Source: Candidatus Bathyarchaeia archaeon
GTDB lineage: Archaea; Thermoproteota; Bathyarchaeia; TCS64
DNA length: 64,000 nt
Assembly (NCBI GenBank): GCA_050014495.1
Contig: JBEKDF010000001.1
Coordinates: 1-64,000 of the forward strand
Direction: 5' to 3'
Of this stretch, positions 38,947 to 48,597 are shown one piece after another. The stretch's first letter is position 1; each line of letters opens with the position of its first letter. The position numbers were made by a program, and so were the translations under genes. The notes beneath the pieces are model-generated. The model was not told the DNA's origin and did no database searches. It saw only the letters and a program-made list of their open reading frames with translations.

Positions 38947-39666
38947 CTATTGGAGTCCCTTAAGGGCCTCGGGTAAATCGCCAATCCGTTTAATGACAGC
39001 GTCAGAACACTTCAGCTGCTCCTCAGACGCCCCATAGAGATCGATTAAAACGCAGCGTATACCTAACGCGTGGGCTCCGACAATATCGGCCTCATATGTG
39101 TCACCAACCATCAACGCGTTCTCGGGCCTCGACCCAAGCTCCCCAAGAGCCCTCTCGAAAAGGATTGGGGCCGGCTTCATGTAGCCCACCTCCGCTGACA
39201 CAATCAGGCTACCAAAGATCTTCTTGTAGCCCAAGTCATCAAAGACCTTGCGAGCAGTAGGGCCATCCATGAAGTTGGTAACTACGCCGAGTTTGTACAT
39301 CCCCCGGAGCTGACCCAGAAGGGCGGGGGTATCAGGATAGAAACTAGTCTGGCGGGGCCACTCTGCGAGGTACTCATCCCAAGCCATTTTAGCGTAAGTG
39401 CTCCTCTGAGGCTCCCCCACACCCAACTCCTCCAAGGTTAGGACCAGTCGCTTCACGTAGTCGATCTCAGTCCAACCATTGGCCTCGGCCTCAGCAACCT
39501 GACTTCTAGCGATTCTCCGATAGGCCTCGACAAACTTATCACAATCATAATTTAGACCCTGGCCTAAGAGACTGCGCTGGAAAATTTCTAGGGAAGCACC
39601 ACGTTTCATGAGCGCGGGAGCCTGGACTAGGGTGTTCCAGTTGTCGAATAGGATTGTATTGATCAC
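38947..39666 (-). CDS. HAD-superfamily hydrolase
   Basis: FDNWNTLV, VVTN, KPAP, MVGD..EADIVGA; GTG start inferred. Confidence 0.85.
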   Translation of the reverse strand: MINTILFDNWNTLVQAPALMKRGASLEIFQRSLLGQGLNYDCDKFVEAYRRIARSQVAEAEANGWTEIDYVKRLVLTLEELGVGEPQRSTYAKMAWDEYLAEWPRQTSFYPDTPALLGQLRGMYKLGVVTNFMDGPTARKVFDDLGYKKIFGSLIVSAEVGYMKPAPILFERALGELGSRPENALMVGDTYEADIVGAHALGIRCVLIDLYGASEEQLKCSDAVIKRIGDLPEALKGLQ

Positions 39667-39826
39667 TACGCCGACTCTGTCCGTCTTCCCACCTGACTTG
39701 TTGGATTGTGGAATTCTATCAGGAGTTCGCCTCATACCCCACAAAGAAAAACGGGGAATCATAAGGGCTTACCGGTTCAGAGCGTGCTACTAGTCAAATT
39801 TCAAAAAGCTCAGATGTAACCTACTC

Positions 39827-40306
39827 TTGGAGACATTAAAAATGGTAACCGAGAAGACACTCAGAAACCGCGTAGTCCGCATAATAGCCGCGACAAGATT
39901 CCCATTCGTCGACCAGGAGAACTGGGGTGAAGGATATGTCACTATAGTCAACGACGAGGTAAAGCGCAGGGGAATTGATACGGATGAAGCTGTGGTCTAC
40001 CCAAGTATAGTAATAACAAAACCCGACGGCAGAATACAGGAACTGGCAGATATAGCAGTAGCAAAGGAAGTATCACCTTCATCCGTGAATAGGTGGAGAC
40101 TAATCTCAGGGAAGGCAGGGTTAGGTAAGAAAGAGAAAAAGTTCTTTCTCTATGTGCCACCTGGGAGCGAGAAGAAGGCACTCCAACTCCTCGAAAAAAA
40201 CAAAATATCCTATGCAGGTCTGAGAGTATACAAGATCATCGACGGAATACTCTCCGTGACACCCATCAAAACCCCCGACGACGACTACGACCACCGCCGA
40301 ACATAG
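39827..40306 (+). CDS. Hypothetical protein
   Basis: 159-aa ORF with coding-like composition, upstream of the dipeptidase. Confidence 0.55.
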   Translation: METLKMVTEKTLRNRVVRIIAATRFPFVDQENWGEGYVTIVNDEVKRRGIDTDEAVVYPSIVITKPDGRIQELADIAVAKEVSPSSVNRWRLISGKAGLGKKEKKFFLYVPPGSEKKALQLLEKNKISYAGLRVYKIIDGILSVTPIKTPDDDYDHRRT

Positions 40307-40364
40307 AATGCAGTACCATATACAACAAAATAGGAATTATATCCCCGCATGCGAACATTCAACT

Positions 40365-41567
40365 ATGTTCAAGCTACTAACCGGTGGAGAAGTCTACGCA
40401 CCCGAGAAGCTCGGCAAGGTCGATATTCTAGTCACAAACGATAGGATAGTCGCTGTAGAGGAGAACCTTGAACTCCCAGGCAAATACGAGTGCGAAGTCG
40501 TTGACGCCACCGACAAGATCATTTATCCAGGCTTCGTCGACACACACATCCACTTCACTGGAGCTGACGATGGGCAGGGTCCCGTCGGCCATACCTATGA
40601 CGTCTCTTGGCAGGACATCGTGGAGAGCGGAGTGACAACCGCTGTTGGCACCCTAGGGGGCGAGATGTGGGTCAGAACCCTCGAGCAGCTCTACTGGAAG
40701 GCCGTCGAGCTGGATAAGATGGGGCTCACCACATACATCTACACGGGTGGCTTCCACATCCCACCTATCACGATAACGGGCAGCGTGAGGAGAGACATCA
40801 TCCTACTCGAGAAGGTCAGGGGACTGAAGACCGCTATCTCAGACGCGACCACCAGTCACCACACATGGAGAGAGCTCGCGGAGCTAGTCAGCGAGGTCAA
40901 CATCGGAGCCGAGACCGTAAAGAAGACAGCTGTGACTCACGTTCATGTTGGAAGGCGACCCCAGAGGATGGATATGCTCTTCGAACTCATCGAGAACACC
41001 GGCCTCGACCCTAAGGGAATAGTACCGACACACGTCAACCGAATAACGCCAGACGTAATAGCCCAGGGCATTGATTGGATAAAGAGAGGTGGTGTAGTCG
41101 ACCTTACCACACAGATGCGCAGGGAGGAGGGAACCCTAACCGGCGTCAAAACCGAGTACGCGGTGAAGAGAATGTTAGACGCGGGTTGCCCCATAGAAGG
41201 CATCACGATCAGCAGCGACGCGAACTGCCCAATGGCGATAAGGGATAGCAGCGGCAAACAGATAGGACTCTATGTAGCTCTCGTCGACTTCAACAGGAGA
41301 GAGATTAGAGACATTGTCCGAAACAGCGTCGCACCTTTTGAGGAGGCCTTAAAGATGGTGACAACAAATCCGGCCCGCGTTCTAGGTATAGATGACAGAA
41401 AAGGCAGAATCAAGCCAGGATACGATGCTGACATCGTGATCGCGAACAAGCCAGAGGACCTTAAAATCGATAAGGTCTACTCCAAGGGGAATATGCTGGT
41501 AGATGGTGGAAAAGCGCTGTTCCAAGGACACTACTGGATGGATCCCTATTACGAGATGTACCAGTAA
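40365..41567 (+). CDS. iadA: Beta-aspartyl (isoaspartyl) dipeptidase-like amidohydrolase
   Basis: VYAPE.LG..DIL, PGFVDTHIH, GVTT.VG.LG, YTG, ITGSV..DI, K.AISD, HVHVG, PTHVNR, SSDAN, T.NPA. Confidence 0.8.
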   Translation: MFKLLTGGEVYAPEKLGKVDILVTNDRIVAVEENLELPGKYECEVVDATDKIIYPGFVDTHIHFTGADDGQGPVGHTYDVSWQDIVESGVTTAVGTLGGEMWVRTLEQLYWKAVELDKMGLTTYIYTGGFHIPPITITGSVRRDIILLEKVRGLKTAISDATTSHHTWRELAELVSEVNIGAETVKKTAVTHVHVGRRPQRMDMLFELIENTGLDPKGIVPTHVNRITPDVIAQGIDWIKRGGVVDLTTQMRREEGTLTGVKTEYAVKRMLDAGCPIEGITISSDANCPMAIRDSSGKQIGLYVALVDFNRREIRDIVRNSVAPFEEALKMVTTNPARVLGIDDRKGRIKPGYDADIVIANKPEDLKIDKVYSKGNMLVDGGKALFQGHYWMDPYYEMYQ

Positions 41568-41613
41568 GCCCGACTAAGAAAACCGTTTTAGCCCGTCCAA
41601 CCACCAATACTCC

Positions 41614-42690
41614 ATGTCACAAAGCAACAGCAAAGAGAACATCAAAGAACTAGCCAACATATACAATAAACTCCATCCACAAATACACAGCGACTTCGGA
41701 GAGGAGATGCCTAAATACTGGGGAAACCGGTGGAAAGCGAACACCAGCATCGGCAAGCTCCGCACAGTCTTCGTCCACCGACCCGGTAAGGAGTTTCTAA
41801 GCGTCGGGAAGAAGACCCCATGGCCACCCCACGAGGATAGCCTTGCAGCTTGGAGGATGACCTTCAAACCGGACCTCAACGAGTTGATCAAGCATCACGA
41901 GAACCTACTAAAAGCCTACAAGGACGAGGGCATCCGCGTAGTCGTCAGAAAGCCAGATCCCAATGACCCACCCTACCAAGTGAAGAGCATCTATACCGAT
42001 GATGTCTGTCACCCCGCCGTCTACGGCCAGATCATTCTACGAATGTACGACTGGATCCGAAAAGGCGAGGAGGTACCAACCTATCAAACACTCGCCGAGG
42101 CTGGATGTCCAGTCGTCGGCATGATCGTGGGCGACGGCATGGTCGAGGGAGGATCATGCGGCTGGCTTGACGAGAAACACCTATTCATAGAGGTGCATTT
42201 CCCCAGGGGTAATACGTCAGACCCCATCATCGCAAAGGCGAATGAATTCGGTCAGGAGCAATACGCTAGAATAGTCAAACTACAGGATCCAGAAGTCGAC
42301 ATCAAGATGGACCCAGGATACGGCACAAGCAAGGGAACAATCGACTACGCCATGATTGACCGTCATACAAGCGTAGGAGATCCAATCTGGTTCGACCCAC
42401 ACCTCGTAGCGTGGATGAAGAATGAGATGAACTGGAAATTCATCGTACCACCTGACGAACTAGTATACACCGACACACATGGCGCTAAAATCGGACCAAA
42501 CACTGGCATCGTCCTAGAACCCATGAAACTAATGGTCCCAGTCGGCAATCCTAAGAACACTAAGTGGCTCGAATCCATCGGTGTCGAGGTTGTGGAAGTA
42601 GAGTGCAGTAGCCTAGTCAGGCCGAGAAACAGTGGCAGTATCCACTGCACAAGTGGTAGCCTCGAAAGGGACCCCGAGCCCTGCGATTAA
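41614..42690 (+). CDS. Amidinotransferase/arginine deiminase superfamily protein (divergent)
   Basis: IGKLRTVFVHRPG.E, IYTDD, RKGEE, VEGG, C-terminal GSIHC...L.RD. Confidence 0.75.
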   Translation: MSQSNSKENIKELANIYNKLHPQIHSDFGEEMPKYWGNRWKANTSIGKLRTVFVHRPGKEFLSVGKKTPWPPHEDSLAAWRMTFKPDLNELIKHHENLLKAYKDEGIRVVVRKPDPNDPPYQVKSIYTDDVCHPAVYGQIILRMYDWIRKGEEVPTYQTLAEAGCPVVGMIVGDGMVEGGSCGWLDEKHLFIEVHFPRGNTSDPIIAKANEFGQEQYARIVKLQDPEVDIKMDPGYGTSKGTIDYAMIDRHTSVGDPIWFDPHLVAWMKNEMNWKFIVPPDELVYTDTHGAKIGPNTGIVLEPMKLMVPVGNPKNTKWLESIGVEVVEVECSSLVRPRNSGSIHCTSGSLERDPEPCD

Positions 42691-42808
42691 TCACAATCAA
42701 CACTTAGTATCCGGGTTCACCACAAAAAATCGTCAAATATGCTTCTAATTGATGATCAATAGTTCAACTATCAATCATCATCCAAAAAAGGCTAGATTTA
42801 GGAATAAT

Positions 42809-42943
42809 CTAAAGGTCCTCGTCCTTACCCTGCCTCAGGCTCAGAATCAAGCCCCTGAGGACCAACCAGGTGAAATATGCTCCAGGTATCATACTGACAA
42901 TAGCTGCGATCACAACGAGTGAGTTCGAGCCCTGCTCAGCCAA
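42809..42943 (-). CDS. Possible 44-aa single-TM small protein or gene remnant
   Basis: TTG-start ORF MAEQGSNSLVVIAAIVSMIPGAYFTWLVLRGLILSLRQGKDEDL, translated by hand (below the ORF-track cutoff). Confidence 0.3.
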   Translation of the reverse strand: MAEQGSNSLVVIAAIVSMIPGAYFTWLVLRGLILSLRQGKDEDL

Positions 42944-43052
42944 CGCTTATCTCATGGAGCCGGGTGCCAGTTGCTAAAGAAGATTATGATTCACCGAGCT
43001 CAGTTTAGTGTCCTTAGACTCTCTGAGATGCGCATTATTAATTGATTGTAAT

Positions 43053-43337
43053 TCAAAGGTCATTATTTCTGCGTTTAGGAAACGAGTCTCTAACCTCTTT
43101 CAACCGCACCTCTGAGAGGTAGTACTTCCCACTAACCTCAACAACTATCCCTGATTGACCAAGTCGTCTACTCATCATATCCTTGAAAACTGGCGGAAGA
43201 CCAAGTTCCTCGATGGTCATCGCTCTTTCGCTACTAGTAGCGCCCTTAAGCCTAAATTTCTCAACAATATCCTGAGACTCTTTCAAACGATCCCTAAACT
43301 GCGATTGTCTACCTCTAAACATGCTATTCACTATCAT
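43053..43337 (-). CDS. Hypothetical protein, winged-helix-like
   Basis: FRLKGATS.ERAMT.EELGL...GIVVEV.GKYYL pattern. Confidence 0.5.
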   Translation of the reverse strand: MIVNSMFRGRQSQFRDRLKESQDIVEKFRLKGATSSERAMTIEELGLPPVFKDMMSRRLGQSGIVVEVSGKYYLSEVRLKEVRDSFPKRRNNDL

Positions 43338-43356
43338 TTTCGAGTTTTATTCATGC

Positions 43357-44247
43357 TTATGGGCACACCTGTGTCCCACCATTCTTCAAAGCGGAGTTTG
43401 TCCTGCTTAGTCTGTAAATTGTGTTGGGTATCTGGGGGACGAATGTGTCCCGGACGGAGAGGCTCCTAGGCCCTATGAAGTGGTTCGTATGTGCTATGTA
43501 CCCATTCTCTGGGACCATGATCGATGTGTCGAGGGGGCTCATCTCGAGATCGATGGCGACTCCTCCCGCCTGGGCGAGGATGAGATTGGAGGACACGCTA
43601 TGCTTAGCATTCAGGACACCCATTATCGCTTCATTCAGCCACCTACTGTTCAGAGCCTTCCTACACTGCACGAGAAGCGGCGGGTTAGGGGTAAATGTGT
43701 CTTTATCACTGACGAGGGCGTTTAAGACTATTCCAAGGCCATAAGAGTTGACACCCTTGTGTCCAACTGTGCCAGCTTCGGCGTGCAGAAGAATCGAGGG
43801 CTTCCCATCCTGCCTGATCTCAAGGGTCACACATCCATCTGTTATACCGGGGCGGTAATCCCAGTTCTGAGCGAGCAGAGAGTGCCTAACAGTCGTGGCG
43901 TCTGGGAGTGTGGCAATCGCAGTACAACCATCTGGGGGCAGCTTCACCTGGCTGAAGAGCAGCTCGTACCGCGTGTTGAGGGCGAGGATTTCCTCGAGCT
44001 TCGACTCTGACCCCTCCGCTATTCCCTCAATCTCCTCGTAGATACTCGCATCATATCTCTTGATAGGCTCAGCGGTCATAGATGCCTTATTGAGTGCCTC
44101 CCTCTCGGTCATGCCGCAGATTCGACCCCAGAGGCCAATGTAGTAGTCTACATTGTAGCGTATCTGCTTCTTCGTGGCTTTACCATACTTCAAACCACAC
44201 TCGTGTGCAGAACCAGCGACCTTGATAAAGGGGAAGGGATCGGGCAA
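43357..44247 (-). CDS. Peptidase C45 (Ntn hydrolase, acyl-CoA:6-APA acyltransferase-like), probably C-terminally truncated
   Basis: LN.RYEL, DG/CT autocleavage site, AQNWD, GVN..G, HTNHF; ends abruptly after the R..R helix. Confidence 0.8.
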   Translation of the reverse strand: MPDPFPFIKVAGSAHECGLKYGKATKKQIRYNVDYYIGLWGRICGMTEREALNKASMTAEPIKRYDASIYEEIEGIAEGSESKLEEILALNTRYELLFSQVKLPPDGCTAIATLPDATTVRHSLLAQNWDYRPGITDGCVTLEIRQDGKPSILLHAEAGTVGHKGVNSYGLGIVLNALVSDKDTFTPNPPLLVQCRKALNSRWLNEAIMGVLNAKHSVSSNLILAQAGGVAIDLEMSPLDTSIMVPENGYIAHTNHFIGPRSLSVRDTFVPQIPNTIYRLSRTNSALKNGGTQVCP

Positions 44248-44332
44248 GGATTCACCGGAGGAAGTTCTGTTGAATGAGAATAAATCATTTTATCTTTAAA
44301 TAATCATTGACAATAAAAAATGGCTTTCGTAT

Positions 44333-44458
44333 GGAAACGCGGTTATCATATACATGCTCAGTACCTCCGCTCAGACGGGAACCTACAAGGTTACAGCGAC
44401 CGCCACCAAGACGGGGTATACATCAGCATCAACTTCGACCAACTTTACATTACATTAG
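44333..44458 (+). pseudogene. Orphan C-terminal fragment of an Ig-like/S-layer-type beta-sandwich protein
   Basis: Hand translation GNAVIIYMLSTSAQTGTYKVTATATKTGYTSASTSTNFTLH*; no convincing 5' gene. Confidence 0.45.
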
Positions 44459-44497
44459 AACTCGTACACCCATCCATCGAGCGCGCTGATAGACACG

Positions 44498-45064
44498 TCA
44501 CTCCTTCTGCTTCTCCTTCTTCTGCTGGAGATCTTCTGCCTCAATCTTATGGAAAAGGCTACGGAGTTGCCGCTTCATGTTGCTGCGATCTCTGCTGAGG
44601 CCGAGGGAGTCCGCGAATTCATTCGTAGTCTTCAGAAACTTCGCTCTCCCGTCCCCCTTCTCCCTCTCGACGAGACCCATCTGGACGAGCTGCTTAATGT
44701 GCTGATAGGACTGGCTACCCCGGGCGAGGGCCACCTCTCTCTGCTCAATAGGCTGGTTGTACGCGATGTAGCTGAGAGTGCGCAGGGGACCTGTAGTTAG
44801 GAGGGGACGGATGCTAAACTTGCGCGCCTCCTTAGTGTAATCGGTCTTAAGCTGGATCACGACTCGGTCCTCGGGGAGATGCTTCACCTCTAATGGGCTG
44901 CGGTCCTGTTCATAGATCTCACCGAGACGGATGCTGAGTTGCTTAGCCTCCTGCTCGCTATCCAGCTTCAAGTGGGCAACTATAGTAGCGAGACTGAGTG
45001 GTCTACCCGAGGCATAGAGTATTGCCTCGAGGCGCGCTAACATGTCGTATTTGCTACTCATCAA
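44498..45064 (-). CDS. scpB: SMC-Scp complex subunit ScpB
   Basis: LEAILYASGRPLS, LRTLSYIAYNQPI, RG...HIK.L...GLV, TT.EFAD..GL. Confidence 0.92.
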   Translation of the reverse strand: MMSSKYDMLARLEAILYASGRPLSLATIVAHLKLDSEQEAKQLSIRLGEIYEQDRSPLEVKHLPEDRVVIQLKTDYTKEARKFSIRPLLTTGPLRTLSYIAYNQPIEQREVALARGSQSYQHIKQLVQMGLVEREKGDGRAKFLKTTNEFADSLGLSRDRSNMKRQLRSLFHKIEAEDLQQKKEKQKE

Positions 45065-45113
45065 CCCACCTAGTTACCTATCCCTCTAGGCGTTTCCTAA
45101 TAACTTGTGTGGA

Positions 45114-46352
45114 TTAAACCCCAGAGCCAATATCACGCCTGTAGAACAGAGTCCCTTTGACTGCGGATGCGTCTGAGTACACCTTCTCACGTGCCTCAGC
45201 GACGGACTTTCCCTTGGCTAAGAGGGCTACTGCCCTGCTGCCGGTCGTCCTAATGACTCCTCCCTCCTCGTAGACGGAAGCGTAGTATGGCTCCGAGTTC
45301 CTTAGGCTACCCACAGTTAGAGGCTTATCCCTCTGCGGCGCCTCGGGGTAACCCTCTGGAACTATGTACACGCAGACGGTGGCCTCCCTCCGGAAAGTTG
45401 GCGTGCTTAGCCTACCCTCGACAACCTTGAAGCCCGTCTCAACGAGTGAATCGTCGAGGAGTGCAAGGACGTTTATCGCTTCGGGGTCTCCCAGACGAGC
45501 GTTGTACTCAATCAGGTATACGCCATGCTCAGTGTTCATGAATCCACCGTAGAGAAAACCGTGATACTCGCCCACGGACTCTGAGAGGGCGGAAACGGTC
45601 GACCTCATAATCTCAACACCCTTCTTAACAGCGGAGACAGGAAGGTCAGGGAGGCTGTGGTCGGGGCAGCTATAGCTACCCATACTCCCCGTATTAGGGC
45701 CCCTGTCCCCGTCGTAGGCACGCTTGAAGTCTCGAACGAGTGGCATAACCTCGATGTGCTCGCCGTCGACGAAGGCCTGAAGTGTGAACTCCTTCCCCAT
45801 CAGCTTCTCCTCGAGAACGACGAGGCCGTCGTTTCGTATACACTCAGAGGCGTACTCCTCAACCTCCCTCTCTGTCTTCAGGTGCTCCCCCGTCAACTTG
45901 ACGCCCTTTCCCCCAGTGAGTACATCCGGCTTGACAGCCACATCCGGATGCTCCCTGAGAAACGTTCTAACTGAAAGGAGGTCTCTACAAACCCTGAACT
46001 CCGGGTTACCAGGAATACCATTCTCCTGCAGGACTAGGCGCGCATAGCTCTTGCTCCACTCAAGGCGAGCCAAGCTCTTCTTCGGCCCGACAACGGGGAC
46101 TCCAAGGGCGCTGAGGTGATCAGCGATCCCAGCGGCCAGCGGTGCCTCCGGTCCGATGAAGGCGATATCGACACCCCTGAAGCGGTTGTACCCCTCGGGT
46201 TTATCGATGTCCATGATCTCCACCTTCTCGGATAGGGCAGCGATGCCTGGGTTCCTTTTCGACATCGCGGAGACCAGCTCCGCACCGTCGGCGTGAACTT
46301 TCTTCGCGATCGCGTGCTCTCTCGCGCCGTTACCAACAACCAGGACCTTCAT
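45114..46352 (-). CDS. purD: Phosphoribosylamine--glycine ligase
   Basis: VLVVG.GAREHAI, GPEAPL, LEWSK, GGKGV, D.KR..DGD.GPNTGSMG, EYNARLGDPE. Confidence 0.95.
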   Translation of the reverse strand: MKVLVVGNGAREHAIAKKVHADGAELVSAMSKRNPGIAALSEKVEIMDIDKPEGYNRFRGVDIAFIGPEAPLAAGIADHLSALGVPVVGPKKSLARLEWSKSYARLVLQENGIPGNPEFRVCRDLLSVRTFLREHPDVAVKPDVLTGGKGVKLTGEHLKTEREVEEYASECIRNDGLVVLEEKLMGKEFTLQAFVDGEHIEVMPLVRDFKRAYDGDRGPNTGSMGSYSCPDHSLPDLPVSAVKKGVEIMRSTVSALSESVGEYHGFLYGGFMNTEHGVYLIEYNARLGDPEAINVLALLDDSLVETGFKVVEGRLSTPTFRREATVCVYIVPEGYPEAPQRDKPLTVGSLRNSEPYYASVYEEGGVIRTTGSRAVALLAKGKSVAEAREKVYSDASAVKGTLFYRRDIGSGV

Positions 46353-46394
46353 AGGACCACCTGAACTCGATACCCGCGTCGGGAAGAAAAGTGT

Positions 46395-47570
46395 TTAATG
46401 CGGTCTTGTGACCTCGCGGAGGGCCTTCACCAGGGCGAGAGCCTCCTCCTCAGTGTTGTAGAAATGAGGACTCATACGTAGCCCACCTATCCTCGGGGCG
46501 ACGTAAATATTCCTCGTAAGGAGTTTCTCCCCAACGGCCTTGAAGTCGGGGACCTGAACATTGACATATATCCTCTTTTCCTCCTCCTTTGGGGTCTGAA
46601 GCTTGAAGTGTCTCTTCGTCAGCTCCTCGATGAGGACATTGTCTACGTCCCGGACCTGCCTCTCCACCGCCTTCTTCCCATGGGCGAGGAGCACCTTCAT
46701 CGAGTTCTCAACAGCCACATAGCTGATCTCCTGCCTAGGGAAGACCTCGATGCGCTCGATCCCCCTGCGAGGCTTAAACTCATAGAGCGTGAACTCGTCG
46801 GTGGTGTTTCGCTCACCCACCTCCGGCTCGAGCGTCTTCTCCCCAACATATACAGGCTGACTCGCGTCTATGTTGGGCTTCGAGACGAAGAGGAAGCCCG
46901 CGGACTGCCCGTAGTGCCCCCCCATGAGCCACTTGTATGTGCTGGTGGCCACGAAGTCGACCCCCCAGCGGTCAGCCTCCCAAGCGAGGCTGCCGACACA
47001 CTGTGTCCCGTCAACAACGAGCTTCGCACCGTGGGCGTGGCAGACCTCCGACAGCGCCTTGAGATCGTGGAGGTATCCATTGAACCAGCTAGGTTGGTCG
47101 ACGACGACAACAGCCGTCTTATCATTGACGGCCTTCTCAAACTGCTCGAGGGTGACGACGCCTCTCTTACTCTTTAAGAACTTTGGTTTAGCTCCGCGAT
47201 CCCTCTGCTTGTTAACTACAGTGGCAGTCATGGGGTAGCTGAGATTTGTGCAGATGACATTACTGCCCCTCTTGACGGAAACCATGCTTAGGGCGGTGTT
47301 GATACCCGCAGTGGCGTTGGGGATGAAGGCGATCTCCTCCACCTTACCACCGATGACCTCGGCGAAGAGTTTCTTCGAGTTTAGGCGACGCTTCGCCCAG
47401 TCAGCTGTGCCACTCTGCCAAGCGCGCTCCCCACAGAACATCGCGGTGACGTCAGCGATATACTCCTCCATGACCCTCAGGGTCGATGCCGGGACAGCGC
47501 CAGTTGTGGCCGTATCGAAGTGTATCTTTCCCTTCAATAGAGGGAACTCATCTTTCAGTTTGAGAACCAT
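46395..47570 (-). CDS. Class V PLP aminotransferase (cysteine desulfurase/kynureninase-like)
   Basis: FDTA..G, NAT.GIN, VVDGTQCVG, STYKWLMG, LRMSPHFYNT. Confidence 0.85.
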   Translation of the reverse strand: MVLKLKDEFPLLKGKIHFDTATTGAVPASTLRVMEEYIADVTAMFCGERAWQSGTADWAKRRLNSKKLFAEVIGGKVEEIAFIPNATAGINTALSMVSVKRGSNVICTNLSYPMTATVVNKQRDRGAKPKFLKSKRGVVTLEQFEKAVNDKTAVVVVDQPSWFNGYLHDLKALSEVCHAHGAKLVVDGTQCVGSLAWEADRWGVDFVATSTYKWLMGGHYGQSAGFLFVSKPNIDASQPVYVGEKTLEPEVGERNTTDEFTLYEFKPRRGIERIEVFPRQEISYVAVENSMKVLLAHGKKAVERQVRDVDNVLIEELTKRHFKLQTPKEEEKRIYVNVQVPDFKAVGEKLLTRNIYVAPRIGGLRMSPHFYNTEEEALALVKALREVTRPH

Positions 47571-47666
47571 GATACAGGTAACGCAGAATAGCCAAAAAAA
47601 CTTTGCAGGTGGATTAGCCTACCCAATCTTAAATCCGATACTACAGTGTCTAGATTAGTGATTAAC

Positions 47667-48120
47667 ATGCCGAGAAGGCTTGAGATCGAGGACCTCGACA
47701 GATTTGTTATGGCCTCCAACCCGCAACTATCGCCGAATGGCAAGAGCTTAGTCTATGCGCGCGCGCAGCATCTGCAACTGGACTAGTTTCTTCGGCACAT
47801 CAGATATTGGCTTCCATTTCGGTCCCGACCAGATCGGCGGCGATCCCTGGAGCAACCCAAAGTCCTACACTGAGAAGTCGCCACTCACATATGCGAAGAA
47901 TGTTATAACCCCAACCATGCTCATCCACAGCTACAATGATAACAGGTGCTGGATAGATCAGAGCATACAGATGTACACTGCACTAAGGTACCTAGGAGTG
48001 GAGACAAAGTTCATCCTCTACACGAAGGGGAGCCACTCGTTCAGGAATCTAGGGAGGCCAACGATCAGGAAGCACCGCCTCCACGATATGATCGACTGGT
48101 TTAACAGCTACCTAAAGTGA
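47667..48120 (+). pseudogene. S9 acylaminoacyl/dipeptidyl peptidase with a very large internal deletion
   Basis: N-term MPRRLEIEDLDRFVMASNPQLSPNGKSLVY fused out of frame at (GC)5 47757-47766 to C-term RSICNW.SF.GTSDIG..SP...TP.MLIHS..D.RC...Q...GSH; no GxSxG. Confidence 0.85.
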
Positions 48121-48153
48121 CCCATTTTTAAACAATGATGTGGCTCTTTCCTT

Positions 48154-48597
48154 ATGGTTACTCGGGGGAGCTACTGCCTCTGCATCCACGTTGAAAGGGA
48201 CTTAGAGATAAAAGTCGGCTCACTCGGCCTCATCCACTTCCGGAAGGGACGTTACGTCTATGTGGGCTCTGCACTAAACAGCCTTATTCCAAGACTCGGG
48301 AGACACCTCAGGACCAGCAGAGGCGAAGGAAGGATCGCCCACTGGCACATTGACTACCTACTCCGTGAACCCGGCGTCGAGATCGAAGCAATCTACGCAA
48401 CGGACTGGGCAGTACGCATGGAGTGTGAGATAGCCACACGCGTCGCAGAGAAGGGTGAACCCATCACCCGATTCGGCTGCAGCGACTGCTCCTGCGAGAG
48501 CCATCTCTACAGAGTAAAGTCCTTCGGATTCATAAGAGAAATCGGGTTAAAAACGGTGGATCTATCTAATTTTACTTCTTCGCCAGCTCCTCGATGA
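48154..48597 (+). CDS. GIY-YIG (DUF123/Uri-like) nuclease family protein
   Basis: GSYCL, G.YVYVGSA, RH, HWHIDYLL, EC, FGCSDCSC.SHL. Confidence 0.85.
   Translation: MVTRGSYCLCIHVERDLEIKVGSLGLIHFRKGRYVYVGSALNSLIPRLGRHLRTSRGEGRIAHWHIDYLLREPGVEIEAIYATDWAVRMECEIATRVAEKGEPITRFGCSDCSCESHLYRVKSFGFIREIGLKTVDLSNFTSSPAPR

Noticed and set aside
44320..44598. 92-aa ORF from the track
   Set aside because: Overlaps the scpB 3' end; a different frame (44333-44458) looks more protein-like
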